32,000 nucleotides of DNA from Candidatus Altimarinota bacterium (GCA_041659405.1 JBAZYK010000004.1:30001-62000); one strand, 5' to 3'; shown: positions 1 to 8,314, counted from the first letter of the stretch. Made by a program: numbers and translations. The notes: generated by a model not told the origin, from the sequence alone.

Positions 1-690
1 GCAGCCAAATAATGGCTACCGCGAGCCGTTTGATCGTAAAAAATAGGCGGGCGTACAAAAAGACTTGCGCAACATTTTTTACTTTCCCCACGCACGAAGT
101 GCTTATTTTTTCTGCGAGCTGACCGAGCTCCCCAGCCTGGTTTTTAGCAAAAAAATCGTATCACTGCGTAGTTTGGCTTTCACCCAGTCTTTCTGCTTTT
201 CATCAAGTATCTCCCCCATTCCGGCCAGAATGCCCCGATCGCCAAGTTTTTCAAGTGACTTTATGCATTTTTTAAGAAAACTTTCGGTCATCATCCCAGT
301 CCTGTCTAAAATGATTTTCTGATTGATTGGCCTTAAAATTTTTGAACGAATATGTTTGACCATCACAGACAATATTTTTAGTCTGATAAGAAGCGACAAA
401 AATATTACCATAATATTGAAAAATTATGCCTTGGCGTATCATAATAAAAGCCAAATATAAGAAAAAACCTAACCTTTGACTCAAATTATAACAATAAATT
501 GCCAGACCATTGCCCCGATCAGCCATTCGGCGGAGGAATCAGCGGACACAAGAATTTGCACAATATTATTTACACACAAGCAAAGTTATTGCATTCACTT
601 GTGCACGTGCACAGATTTACAGCCAAATAACGGCTTGCGCAAGCCAATTCCATTTTTAAAATCGTCATTGGAAGAGCGGTGACTTTACAC
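1..690 (-). pseudogene. Decayed fragments of an HNH/DUF222-like nuclease gene family (paralogous to the intact gene at 28639-29871)
   Basis: Minus-strand translation of 598-657 gives KNGIGLRKPLFGCKSVHVHK followed by a stop. The intact protein reads ENANGLQEPLFDHKSVHVHT at the matching place. The 18-nt string gtgcacgtgcacagattt is identical at 601-618 and 29152-29169. A second copy of the motif at 1-30 reads NGSR*PLFGC with an in-frame stop. Bases 200-300 weakly resemble the LKELDEKG segment. No long intact frame exists. Confidence 0.35.
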
Positions 691-749
691 TGCAATTCCC
701 TAAATTACGCCAAGTGCTTTTCTCGCATATACAAAAAATCATTCTAAAA

Positions 750-904
750 ATTGTCATGAGCAAAATGAGGAAATCTAAATTTTGGGTCTTGTGGGTCCCA
801 AAAATTGGATTTCCGATTAACGCGAATGATAATTTTTAGAATTCACTATAGGGAAAAAGTTCCCCAAAAGAAAAAACCGACAGGTTTTGTCTTTTGATTT
901 GCTT
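750..904 (+). repeat. Dispersed intergenic repeat, copy 1, abutting the 3' end of tRNA-Cys
   Basis: Shares three ordered boxes with copies at 7756-7962 and 15586-15786: catgagcaaaatgagg, tgggtct[ct]gtggg[ct]ccca, and tagggaaaaagtt. It also shares the trailer aaaagaaaaaacc....ggttttgtcttttgatt with copy 3. Confidence 0.7.
864..890 (-). terminator. Putative intrinsic terminator downstream of tRNA-Cys
   Basis: On the minus strand: hairpin AAAACC-TGTC-GGTTTT followed by a T-rich run (ggttttttctttt). A near-identical structure follows the tRNA-Ser(UGA) locus at 15750-15775. Confidence 0.5.
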
Positions 905-980
905 TGGAGGCGGCGATCGGATTCGAACCGATGCATAACGGTTTTGCAAACCGCTGTCTTAACCACTTGACTACGCCGCC
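905..980 (-). tRNA. tRNA-Cys (anticodon GCA), CCA encoded
   Basis: The reverse complement folds as a cloverleaf: acceptor GGCGGCG/CGCCGCC, anticodon loop TTGCAAA, T-arm ATCGG-TTCGAAT-CCGAT, discriminator U and terminal CCA. Confidence 0.9.
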
Positions 981-999
981 CCGCCTTTTACACCGTTGA

Positions 1000-1028
1000 A
1001 TGATAGTGGGATAATTCGGAAAAAGCAA
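1000..1028 (-). promoter_or_regulatory. Candidate sigma70-type promoter for tRNA-Cys
   Basis: Minus strand reads TTGCTT-N17-TATCAT. The -10 ends about 19 nt upstream of the mature tRNA 5' end. Confidence 0.4.
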
Positions 1029-1151
1029 TCCTGGAGGAGACCGCAAATGACCAAGCCATTCTTGGATCGGATCATCGGATTTTTTCTCTGCTCTCCAGCC
1101 AGACCCAGAGTGGGGATTCCAAATCTGTCAAAGCCATATCGCGATCCTTTA

Positions 1152-1179
1152 TTGCGGCTAAACTTTATTGTAGTAGAAT
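1152..1179 (+). promoter_or_regulatory. Candidate promoter of surface-protein gene 1
   Basis: TTGCGG-N16-TAGAAT about 35 nt upstream of the ATG. The downstream 5' UTR resembles that of gene 2 and ends in ccccaaaatATG. Confidence 0.4.
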
Positions 1180-1214
1180 AAGCCTCGGTTTAAATTATTT
1201 AATCTCCCCAAAAT

Positions 1215-4200
1215 ATGGCACAAAAAATAAAACGACATTTTCTCAAACGGTTCATTACATCGATAACCCTGCTTTGTCTGGGGCTTCCATCGATATTACT
1301 TCTCACGAGTCAATTGGCCGTTGCGGGTGTGCCAACGGGAACCATGACCGGTTCAGCCCAAATATTGACTGTCGGCGTATCACCTGTCGCAATGAACGCA
1401 ATAACCGTTACCGATGATGCTCTTAGTGCACAAATTACTTCGGGGAATGATATTAGAATCAGGATCCCTGCGGCCGTAAATGCCACTTGGGACCCAGCAG
1501 ATGCCACAGCTACACTTACGCAACCAGCGGTAACAGGGGTAGTCAGCCCCGCTGTAAGCTTCGCTGACTCCAATAAAACTTTAATATTAGACGTAACAAC
1601 TGGCTTTGCAACTGGTGAATCTGTCGTAATTTCAGGTTTATATTACATCCCTACGGCAGCTTCAACTGCAACAGTATTGGATTGGGCGGTTGACGGTGCG
1701 GTGCCAACCTATCTGGCTGGTGATACCACTACCGGCATCACTGTCACCGCAGCGGACGCAGCAGCAACACTTACAAAAGCGAGTGCAATATCGGGTAGCA
1801 CAGGCGATTTGACATTGGTCATCAATACGGGCCGTATATTAGCAGTTGGAGAAAAAATCAATATAGATTTCCCTGCGTCTTATGCAGTAGCCGCCACGAC
1901 AGGAATCGTAGCCGGTTCAATAACACTCAATGGTACTAACGCGACGATGAGCGCATCAGTTGCCTTGCAGACATTAACATTGACTGTGGCAGACTTCGCT
2001 ACCGCGCAACCGGCACTAACAATAACAATCCCCGGATTAGACGCGATACCTCAATATGTGGATGCAACAGATGCCACAATCACAGTCACAACAGCGTTAG
2101 GCGCCACTATTGCAACAGACACAACGGTGGCATTAGATGATACAGTCGCAGCAGTTTCTGTTGCGACCGTTGATTTTGGCACTAACATTACTGTTGGAAC
2201 AGCAGGAGACACTACAATTAACCTCACAGTTCCATTTGCACTCGATGCAGACGACACAATTGATATTACCTTCCCACTAAGTGTCGATATTAGTGGTATT
2301 ACGTTGGACCAGGGTGCAACAGGAACCTTTGAGAGTGCAGCAAATATTACCTGTAACGCCTCTGGTCAGACGCTTACATGTGTCACAAATGGTGCAACAG
2401 TCACATCTGGAACGATTATCCTAGCAAACATTCTTACAAAATACGTAGATGCAACAAACATCACGGTCTTCGAAGTAGAGAATGAAGGAAGTGCGACACA
2501 AGATATTGCAATAGATACCGATGTTGCAATGGAAGATCCAACCCCGGCGACAGACTTGGCATCATCAATCGCATTAGGATTAAACTCAGAAGTAGGAACA
2601 GACGGAAATACGACATTAACCCTAACCCCACCAAGAGCATTGGCAGCAGCGGATACGATTGTATTCACAATGCCGACGAATTTCACAGCGGGAAGTGCGG
2701 CATTCGGATCAACAACATTTTTGCAGACTGGTGGCATAGCTGCAACCTTTACGTCATGTGGCGGAGTAGGGCGAATTGTTACCTGTACAGCATCATCTTC
2801 AATACAAGTAGGTGTAGCCGGAAACATTGTGATAACAGGAATTCAATCATTATGGGATTCAGCGGCAGCAACGACCGTGACAGACTTAACTATAAATGAC
2901 GTAGCAGCCGGCGGAGCAGATATAGCTTTGGATACCACCACAACAGTGCCTGACACTACTCCGGAGACAGAGTTAAACTCATCAATCACACTTGGAACGA
3001 ATTCCGTAGTAGGAACAGCGGGAAACACAACCCTAACATTGACCCCACCAAGGGCATTGGCAGCGACAGATACAATGGTCTGGACGATGCCAACAAACTT
3101 CAGCGTTCCAGAGGGAGCAATCACAATAGCATCCCAGACATTATCATCAGGAACATTTCCATGTACCGGAGTAGCAGCGACAAGAGTAATCACCTGTACA
3201 GTTACAGGTGGAACCGTAACAGCAGATGTAGAAAGAAATATCGTAATGAGTGGGATACTATCATTATGGGTATCCGGAGCAACAAACGTAGCTAACTTAA
3301 CGATCAATGATATAGCAGGTGGAAGCGGCGGATTGGATATCGCCTTGGACACAATAACAGTTGTAGATGCGACAACAGTCGGCGTGTTAAGTTCCACAAA
3401 CGTAGAACCTGATTCCTTGGCTGTAGGTTCCTCATCAATCAACACAATCACATTCACGACAGTCACTTCATTCCCAAATCTTGGAAAAATCGTAGTAACA
3501 TACCCATCGGGATTTGGTGTATCGGGAGCAAATGGTGTGGTGGCAACAAACTTATCCGGCTTGGATGGAGTATGGACGGCAACTGTATCCGGACAAGTGG
3601 TAACCCTCACTCAAGTAGGAGGCACCCTATCCGCTGCAGGTGTTAAAAGTTTAAGAATTGCAAATATCGTAACTCCCGGAGTCGCCGGCTCAACTGGGAC
3701 ATATACAATCACAACAACAACATCAGCTGATGTAAATATTGAAACTAATGCAGCAGTAACAGCGGACACAGTCGTTGTTAATCAAAGCAATAATAATGGC
3801 GGCGGCGGTGGTGGTGGCGGTGGCGGTTCAGTAGACACAACACCTCCAACAAATACTTCAGTGGCAATAGTCGGTGCTCCAAAAGTTCCTACAGCTACTG
3901 TACAACTTACTTTAGCAGCAACAGGGGCGACCCAAATGATGATTTCCAATGTCGCTGATTTTACCGGCGCAACCTGGGAAACATACAACACTGTAAAAGA
4001 TTGGACTCTTACATCTGGTCTTGGAGCAAAAATCGTTTATGTCAAATTCCGTGACGCGGCAAGCAATGTTTCAACCGCTGTTCAGTCAAATGTAACAGTT
4101 GATGTTACGGCACCTACCCCTGTTCCGGTTGTTGAGCCGCCAATTGTGGGCGTTCCATTCCTTGATATTGCCACTCACTGGGCAAAAGACTACATTGTTA

Positions 4201-4679
4201 AATTATTTATAAAGGGTGTAGTTCAAGGTCGCACTGCGACATCTTATGTACCGGATGGACTTTTGACACGCGCAGAAATGGTTAAAATCGCGCTTTTGAC
4301 TTTTGGATTCAAGATTGACGATACAAAAAAGCAATCATTCATTGATGTTTCCGCTACTCACTGGGCCGCTTCATATCTTGCACTCGCAAAAACTGAAGGC
4401 ATCGTTGGTGGATATACCGATGGCACATTCCATCCGGATACTTCAATCACACGTGTAGAAGCTTTAAAAATTTTATTGGCGGCTGCTAAAAAGAACATAG
4501 TGGGCGCGGCAGCGGCTTCATTTGTTGATGTTGATCAGGAGGCTTGGTACGCAAATTACGTTAATTACGCTTTTGCCAACAAAGTGGTTAGCGGCAAAGA
4601 CGCGACTCATTTTGATCCAAGCGCCAACATTACCCGTGCAGAAATGGCGAAAATTGCGATCCTGACTTCCGAACTTTAA
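1215..4679 (+). CDS. Large secreted cell-surface (S-layer-like) protein with repeated beta-rich modules and three C-terminal SLH domains
   Basis: 1154-aa ORF. The N-terminus MAQKIKRHFLKRF plus a hydrophobic stretch looks like a signal peptide. The body is Thr/Ala/Gly/Val-rich repeated modules, followed by a Gly10 hinge and a DTTPPTN...WETYNTVKDWTLTSGLGAKIVYVKFRDAASNVS domain. Three SLH-type repeats close the protein (FLDIATHWAKDYI..LTRAEMVKI; FIDVSATHWAASYL..ITRVEALKI; FVDVDQEAWYANYV..ITRAEMAKI). Confidence 0.9.
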   Translation: MAQKIKRHFLKRFITSITLLCLGLPSILLLTSQLAVAGVPTGTMTGSAQILTVGVSPVAMNAITVTDDALSAQITSGNDIRIRIPAAVNATWDPADATATLTQPAVTGVVSPAVSFADSNKTLILDVTTGFATGESVVISGLYYIPTAASTATVLDWAVDGAVPTYLAGDTTTGITVTAADAAATLTKASAISGSTGDLTLVINTGRILAVGEKINIDFPASYAVAATTGIVAGSITLNGTNATMSASVALQTLTLTVADFATAQPALTITIPGLDAIPQYVDATDATITVTTALGATIATDTTVALDDTVAAVSVATVDFGTNITVGTAGDTTINLTVPFALDADDTIDITFPLSVDISGITLDQGATGTFESAANITCNASGQTLTCVTNGATVTSGTIILANILTKYVDATNITVFEVENEGSATQDIAIDTDVAMEDPTPATDLASSIALGLNSEVGTDGNTTLTLTPPRALAAADTIVFTMPTNFTAGSAAFGSTTFLQTGGIAATFTSCGGVGRIVTCTASSSIQVGVAGNIVITGIQSLWDSAAATTVTDLTINDVAAGGADIALDTTTTVPDTTPETELNSSITLGTNSVVGTAGNTTLTLTPPRALAATDTMVWTMPTNFSVPEGAITIASQTLSSGTFPCTGVAATRVITCTVTGGTVTADVERNIVMSGILSLWVSGATNVANLTINDIAGGSGGLDIALDTITVVDATTVGVLSSTNVEPDSLAVGSSSINTITFTTVTSFPNLGKIVVTYPSGFGVSGANGVVATNLSGLDGVWTATVSGQVVTLTQVGGTLSAAGVKSLRIANIVTPGVAGSTGTYTITTTTSADVNIETNAAVTADTVVVNQSNNNGGGGGGGGGGSVDTTPPTNTSVAIVGAPKVPTATVQLTLAATGATQMMISNVADFTGATWETYNTVKDWTLTSGLGAKIVYVKFRDAASNVSTAVQSNVTVDVTAPTPVPVVEPPIVGVPFLDIATHWAKDYIVKLFIKGVVQGRTATSYVPDGLLTRAEMVKIALLTFGFKIDDTKKQSFIDVSATHWAASYLALAKTEGIVGGYTDGTFHPDTSITRVEALKILLAAAKKNIVGAAAASFVDVDQEAWYANYVNYAFANKVVSGKDATHFDPSANITRAEMAKIAILTSEL
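2553..3385 (+). repeat. Tandem duplication of a module of about 139 aa inside surface-protein gene 1
   Basis: Module at 2553-2969 (DLASSIALGLNSEVGTDGNTTLTLTPPRALAAADTIVFTMPTNF...) and module at 2970-3385 (ELNSSITLGTNSVVGTAGNTTLTLTPPRALAATDTMVWTMPTNF...) align along their whole length. Confidence 0.8.
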
Positions 4680-4709
4680 TAAGCAAATAAAATCAGGAAA
4701 TAATAAAAA

Positions 4710-4742
4710 GGAAGAGTTCTTAAACGGGACTCTTCTTTTTTA
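4710..4742 (+). terminator. Intrinsic terminator after surface-protein gene 1
   Basis: GAAGAGT...ACTCTTC stem followed by a T-run. A nearly identical terminator follows gene 2. Confidence 0.75.
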
Positions 4743-4802
4743 TTTATCCAAGAGCCAGCACAGCAAAACAAAATATGTCAAAAAGAAATTATCCTGCGCA
4801 CA

Positions 4803-4830
4803 TTGCTGTTTCTTTGGATTGCCGTAAAAT
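4803..4830 (+). promoter_or_regulatory. Candidate promoter of surface-protein gene 2
   Basis: TTGCTG-N16-TAAAAT about 37 nt upstream of the ATG. The 5' UTR ends in ccccaaatATG, as for gene 1. Confidence 0.35.
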
Positions 4831-4867
4831 GCCATGTTAGTTATCCATTTATTAACTTTCCCCAAAT

Positions 4868-7645
4868 ATGGCACAAAAGATAAAACGGCATTTTCTGCGG
4901 ACCTTCGGCTTTGCAGCGATACTATTAATGGTTTTTTCATCGGTAGTCCCAGGCATGATTTCCAAGATTCAAGTCGCACATGCGGCTGCAGGTGCAGGCA
5001 CAGCCACTATTAATATTGGAACAGGTGGTACCAGCGCAAGCGATGCAGCATATGGCGGCGCCGCAGCGACAGGTAGCGTAACCGTTGGGACAAAGAGCTA
5101 TGTGTTAATTGACTTAACAGTAGGTGCCGGCAACATCACTGCAGATCAAAACAATGTAACAGTTCAAATCAATACTAATCTTTTCCCGGCAACCACCTGG
5201 GATGTGAACGAGGAAGCCGCACTTACAGATTTAACCACAGTGGGAACATGGTTTGTAGGCTATACGGACACGGATTCTGCCACAACAAATAACGGCGCTA
5301 TTAGTTTCTCAGCAAGTGCAGCCGTCAATACCGGCTTGATCACGATCCAAGCAAATCAAAAAATGGATGCAACAGACATTATCCATATTTATGGAGTGGT
5401 TCAGGATAACAACTATACTCGTGCAATGGCAGACGTAGTAGTTAAAACTGATGATACTGGAGCAAATGACCTTACACAGATTGGTACTGGTGTTTCACCA
5501 AGAATAGCAACTTCCGCAGCGGACGCGGCAGCAACAGTTGCAAAAGCAACTCCAACATCAGGAAGCACGGGTGCTTTAACGCTGACCCTCAATACGGCTC
5601 GTTCATTAATAGTTGGAGATAAAATCAATATAACTTTCCCCGCAGCATTTTATACAGTAGCCGCTACAACAGCGACAATCGCAGCTAGTGCCATAACAAA
5701 TAATGGAAGTAGCGCGACATTGAACGTAACAGCGCCTGGATCAAATGTATTAACATTAACAGTAGCAACAGAGACATTGGTGGGAGGAACAAACACGGGA
5801 ATAACAATCCCGGGAGTAGACGCAATACCTCAATATGTGGCTTCAACAGACATAACAACATTTACAGTTCAAACGTCATCAGGTGTAAATATCGCAACAG
5901 ATAGTGACGTGACATTAACGGATACAATAACCGAAGGCGCGTTGAGTTCAGCAAGTGTAACACCTGGCTCATTAGTGGCAGGCGCAACACCGGCAAATGT
6001 AATCGCATTCACAACAACAACTCCAATCCCAAATCTTGGGAAAATCGTAGTAACCTATCCATTAGGGTTTGACGTGTCTGGAGCGGATGGTCGTGCAGCA
6101 ACAAGCTTATCCGGCCTGGATGGAACATGGACGGCAACCTATAGCGGACGAGTGGTAACATTCACTCAAACAGCAGGAGGGGCATCCGCTGCAGGTGCAA
6201 AGAGCTTAACAGTAGCGGGAATTAAGAATCCGCCAGTTACAGGAGAGACAGGCACTTATACAATCACAACAAAAATAGCTGCCGGATCAAATATCGATAC
6301 GAACGCAGCGGTAGGAGCAAGCACAATTACAGCAGGCGCGTTAAGTTCAACCAACGTAGAACCTGATTCCTTGGTAGTTGGTTCCTCAGCAGTGAACACA
6401 ATCACATTCACGACAGCAAATCCAATCCCAAATGCCGGTACAATCATAGTAACCTATCCATCAGGATTTGGTGTATCGGGCGCAAATGGTGTGGTGGCAA
6501 CAAACTTATCCGGCTTGGATGGAGTATGGACGGCAACTACATCCGGACAAGTGGTAACCCTCACTCAGGTAGGTGGCGGCATATCCGCTGCGGGTGCTAA
6601 AAGTTTAAGAATTGCAAATATCGTAACTCCCGGAACCCCGGGGACAACGGGAACTTATACAATCACGACAAAATCACCTTCTGTAAATATTGATACCGAC
6701 GCAGCTGTAACAGCGGACACAGTCGTATCCGGTAGCAGCAGCGACAGTGGTGGTGGCGGCGGTGTAGTTGGGGACACAACACCTCCAACAAATGTTTCAG
6801 TGGCAATAGTCGGTGCTCCAAAGGTTCCTACATCTAACGTACAACTTACTTTAGCTGCAACAGGGGCGACTGAAATGTTGATTTCCAATGTTTCTGACTT
6901 TGGTAGTGCAAGCTGGGAAACTTACAACACAGTAAAAAATTGGACTCTTCTAAGTGGTACCGGCGCGAAAAGTGTTTATGTTAAATTCCGCGACGCGGCA
7001 CACAATACTTCCTCTGTTGTTCAGGCAAATGTAACAGTTGATGTTGCCGCGCCTGCACCTGTAGTGGTTCAGGTACCCGTAGTTCCGGTTGTTCAACAGC
7101 CAACTCCGGGTGTTTCATTCCTTGATATTGCTACTCACTGGGCTAAAGACTACATCGTTCAATTGTCCCAAATGGGCGTTATACAAGGACGCACTCCTGG
7201 ATCTTATGAACCGGATGGACTTTTGACACGCGCAGAAATGGTTAAAATCGCGCTTTTGACTTTTGGTTACAAGATTGACAACGCAAATACAAAATCATTT
7301 AGTGATGTTGATGCTGCTATATGGTTCGCTCCATATATTGCGCTCGCAAAAGCTCAAGGCATCGTTGGTGGATATGAAGATGGCACATTCAAACCAAACG
7401 CTTCAATTACACGTGCAGAAGCTTTGAAAATTTTATTGGTAGCTGCTAAAAAGAACTTAGCAGGCGCAGCGGCAGCGGTTTCATTTGTTGATGTTGATCA
7501 GGCGGCTTGGTACGCAAATTACGTTAATTACGCTTTTGCTAAAGCCGTAGTTAATGGCAAAGACGCAACTCATTTTGCCCCAGCTGACTTTATTACACGA
7601 GCAGAAATGGCAAAAATTGCCATCCTGACTTTCCAGATAAAATAA
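4868..7645 (+). CDS. Paralogous secreted cell-surface (S-layer-like) protein with three C-terminal SLH domains
   Basis: 925-aa ORF with the same N-terminus (MAQKIKRHFLRTF plus a hydrophobic segment). It has two tandem modules of about 131-133 aa (5936-6334 and 6335-6727). It carries the same post-hinge domain and SLH triplet as gene 1, with long nucleotide-identical runs. Confidence 0.9.
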   Translation: MAQKIKRHFLRTFGFAAILLMVFSSVVPGMISKIQVAHAAAGAGTATINIGTGGTSASDAAYGGAAATGSVTVGTKSYVLIDLTVGAGNITADQNNVTVQINTNLFPATTWDVNEEAALTDLTTVGTWFVGYTDTDSATTNNGAISFSASAAVNTGLITIQANQKMDATDIIHIYGVVQDNNYTRAMADVVVKTDDTGANDLTQIGTGVSPRIATSAADAAATVAKATPTSGSTGALTLTLNTARSLIVGDKINITFPAAFYTVAATTATIAASAITNNGSSATLNVTAPGSNVLTLTVATETLVGGTNTGITIPGVDAIPQYVASTDITTFTVQTSSGVNIATDSDVTLTDTITEGALSSASVTPGSLVAGATPANVIAFTTTTPIPNLGKIVVTYPLGFDVSGADGRAATSLSGLDGTWTATYSGRVVTFTQTAGGASAAGAKSLTVAGIKNPPVTGETGTYTITTKIAAGSNIDTNAAVGASTITAGALSSTNVEPDSLVVGSSAVNTITFTTANPIPNAGTIIVTYPSGFGVSGANGVVATNLSGLDGVWTATTSGQVVTLTQVGGGISAAGAKSLRIANIVTPGTPGTTGTYTITTKSPSVNIDTDAAVTADTVVSGSSSDSGGGGGVVGDTTPPTNVSVAIVGAPKVPTSNVQLTLAATGATEMLISNVSDFGSASWETYNTVKNWTLLSGTGAKSVYVKFRDAAHNTSSVVQANVTVDVAAPAPVVVQVPVVPVVQQPTPGVSFLDIATHWAKDYIVQLSQMGVIQGRTPGSYEPDGLLTRAEMVKIALLTFGYKIDNANTKSFSDVDAAIWFAPYIALAKAQGIVGGYEDGTFKPNASITRAEALKILLVAAKKNLAGAAAAVSFVDVDQAAWYANYVNYAFAKAVVNGKDATHFAPADFITRAEMAKIAILTFQIK

Positions 7646-7713
7646 GCAAAAAGATTTTCTGAAAAAATCCTGCGCCAAGAACGCAGGGGGGCAATCAGGA
7701 AAATAAATAAAAG

Positions 7714-7746
7714 GAAGAGTTCTGAAAAAGGACTCTTCTTTTTTTT
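7714..7746 (+). terminator. Intrinsic terminator after surface-protein gene 2
   Basis: GAAGAGT-N11-ACTCTTC stem followed by T8. Confidence 0.75.
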
Positions 7747-7755
7747 GATCTTTAT

Positions 7756-7962
7756 AAAAAGCATGATCCGGAAAACTGTGAGCAAAATGAGGATTTTTGC
7801 AATAAGCATGAGCGGAGGAAGGTTTGAGCAAATGCTGGAAATTTTCTTTTTTTGGGTCTCGTGGGCCCCAACAAAAGAAAATTGACGCAAGCGAAAACCT
7901 TTCGGAGCGAATACATTGCCCTTTTTGAAAGTACTGAAAACCTTTTAGGGAAAAAGTTTTCA
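7756..7962 (+). repeat. Dispersed intergenic repeat, copy 2 (expanded)
   Basis: Contains aaaaagcatgatccggaaaactgtgagcaaaatgaggattttt, tgggtctcgtgggcccca and ttagggaaaaagtttt in the same order as copies 1 and 3. It has 48 extra nt between the first two boxes. Confidence 0.7.
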
Positions 7963-8095
7963 GATTTCTTGCAATAGGGAAAACCTCGCCACGATTGAAA
8001 ATAAGTTCCTTATTTTCATCTTGGCGTCCTGCGCTTCACTCGTTTTCGCGAAGCTCAAACTCGCTCCGTTCCGGACCGGTTTTCTCGCAATTTTC

Positions 8096-8188
8096 TGGCG
8101 GAGAGGGAGAGATTCGAACTCTCGCTAGGGGTTTCCCCCTACTACAGGATTAGCAATCCCGCCCCTTCAGCCACTTGGGTACCTCTCC
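8096..8188 (-). tRNA. tRNA-Ser (anticodon GCU), long variable arm, CCA encoded
   Basis: Reverse complement shows acceptor GGAGAGG/CCTCTCC, anticodon loop TTGCTAA, a long variable arm, T-arm GAGAG-TTCGAAT-CTCTC, discriminator G and CCA. Confidence 0.9.
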
Positions 8189-8270
8189 TTATTGTAACGC
8201 TCACTGCGCTCCGAACCCCGCTTAGCGGGGATCCTCATTTCGCCTGCGCCCTCGCGCCGTGCGCTCGGTT
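8189..8270 (-). other. Conserved GC-rich structured 5' leader of tRNA-Ser(GCU)
   Basis: Aligns with 15976-16054. The two share 23 identical nt next to the tRNA (attgtaacgctcactgcgctccg). Two hairpins sit at equivalent positions with different but still complementary stems: ccccgc-tta-gcgggg here versus ctggc-aga-gccag, and gcgc-cgt-gcgc here versus ggcc-cgt-ggcc. Confidence 0.6.
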
Positions 8271-8314
8271 AGCTGACATGCGCTTAAGTACCTGATAACC
8301 TCAAACGCCTAAAG

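Noticed and set aside
846-1046. ORFs overlapping tRNA genes and GC-rich leaders (846-1046, 15772-16236, 15939-16136, 15617-15808)
   Set aside because: These spans are explained by tRNA-Cys, tRNA-Ser(UGA), the pseudo-tRNA and the conserved leader. The translated products look like nonsense.
2843-3610. Long antisense ORFs inside the surface-protein genes (for example 2843-3610, 2366-2827, 1310-1573, 6655-6888, 5413-5628)
   Set aside because: They lie opposite strongly supported sense ORFs. The sense-strand codon bias (ACN/GCN/GTN/GGN) removes stop codons from the antisense frames. Their products are low-complexity mirror images with no independent start context or promoter.
8189-8200. TACAAT immediately upstream of both tRNA-Ser genes acting as a -10 box for leaderless tRNA transcription
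   Set aside because: The hexamer ends only 2-3 nt from the mature 5' end, so initiation would fall inside the tRNA. No -35 is present at the proper spacing. Better promoters exist about 125-135 nt upstream.
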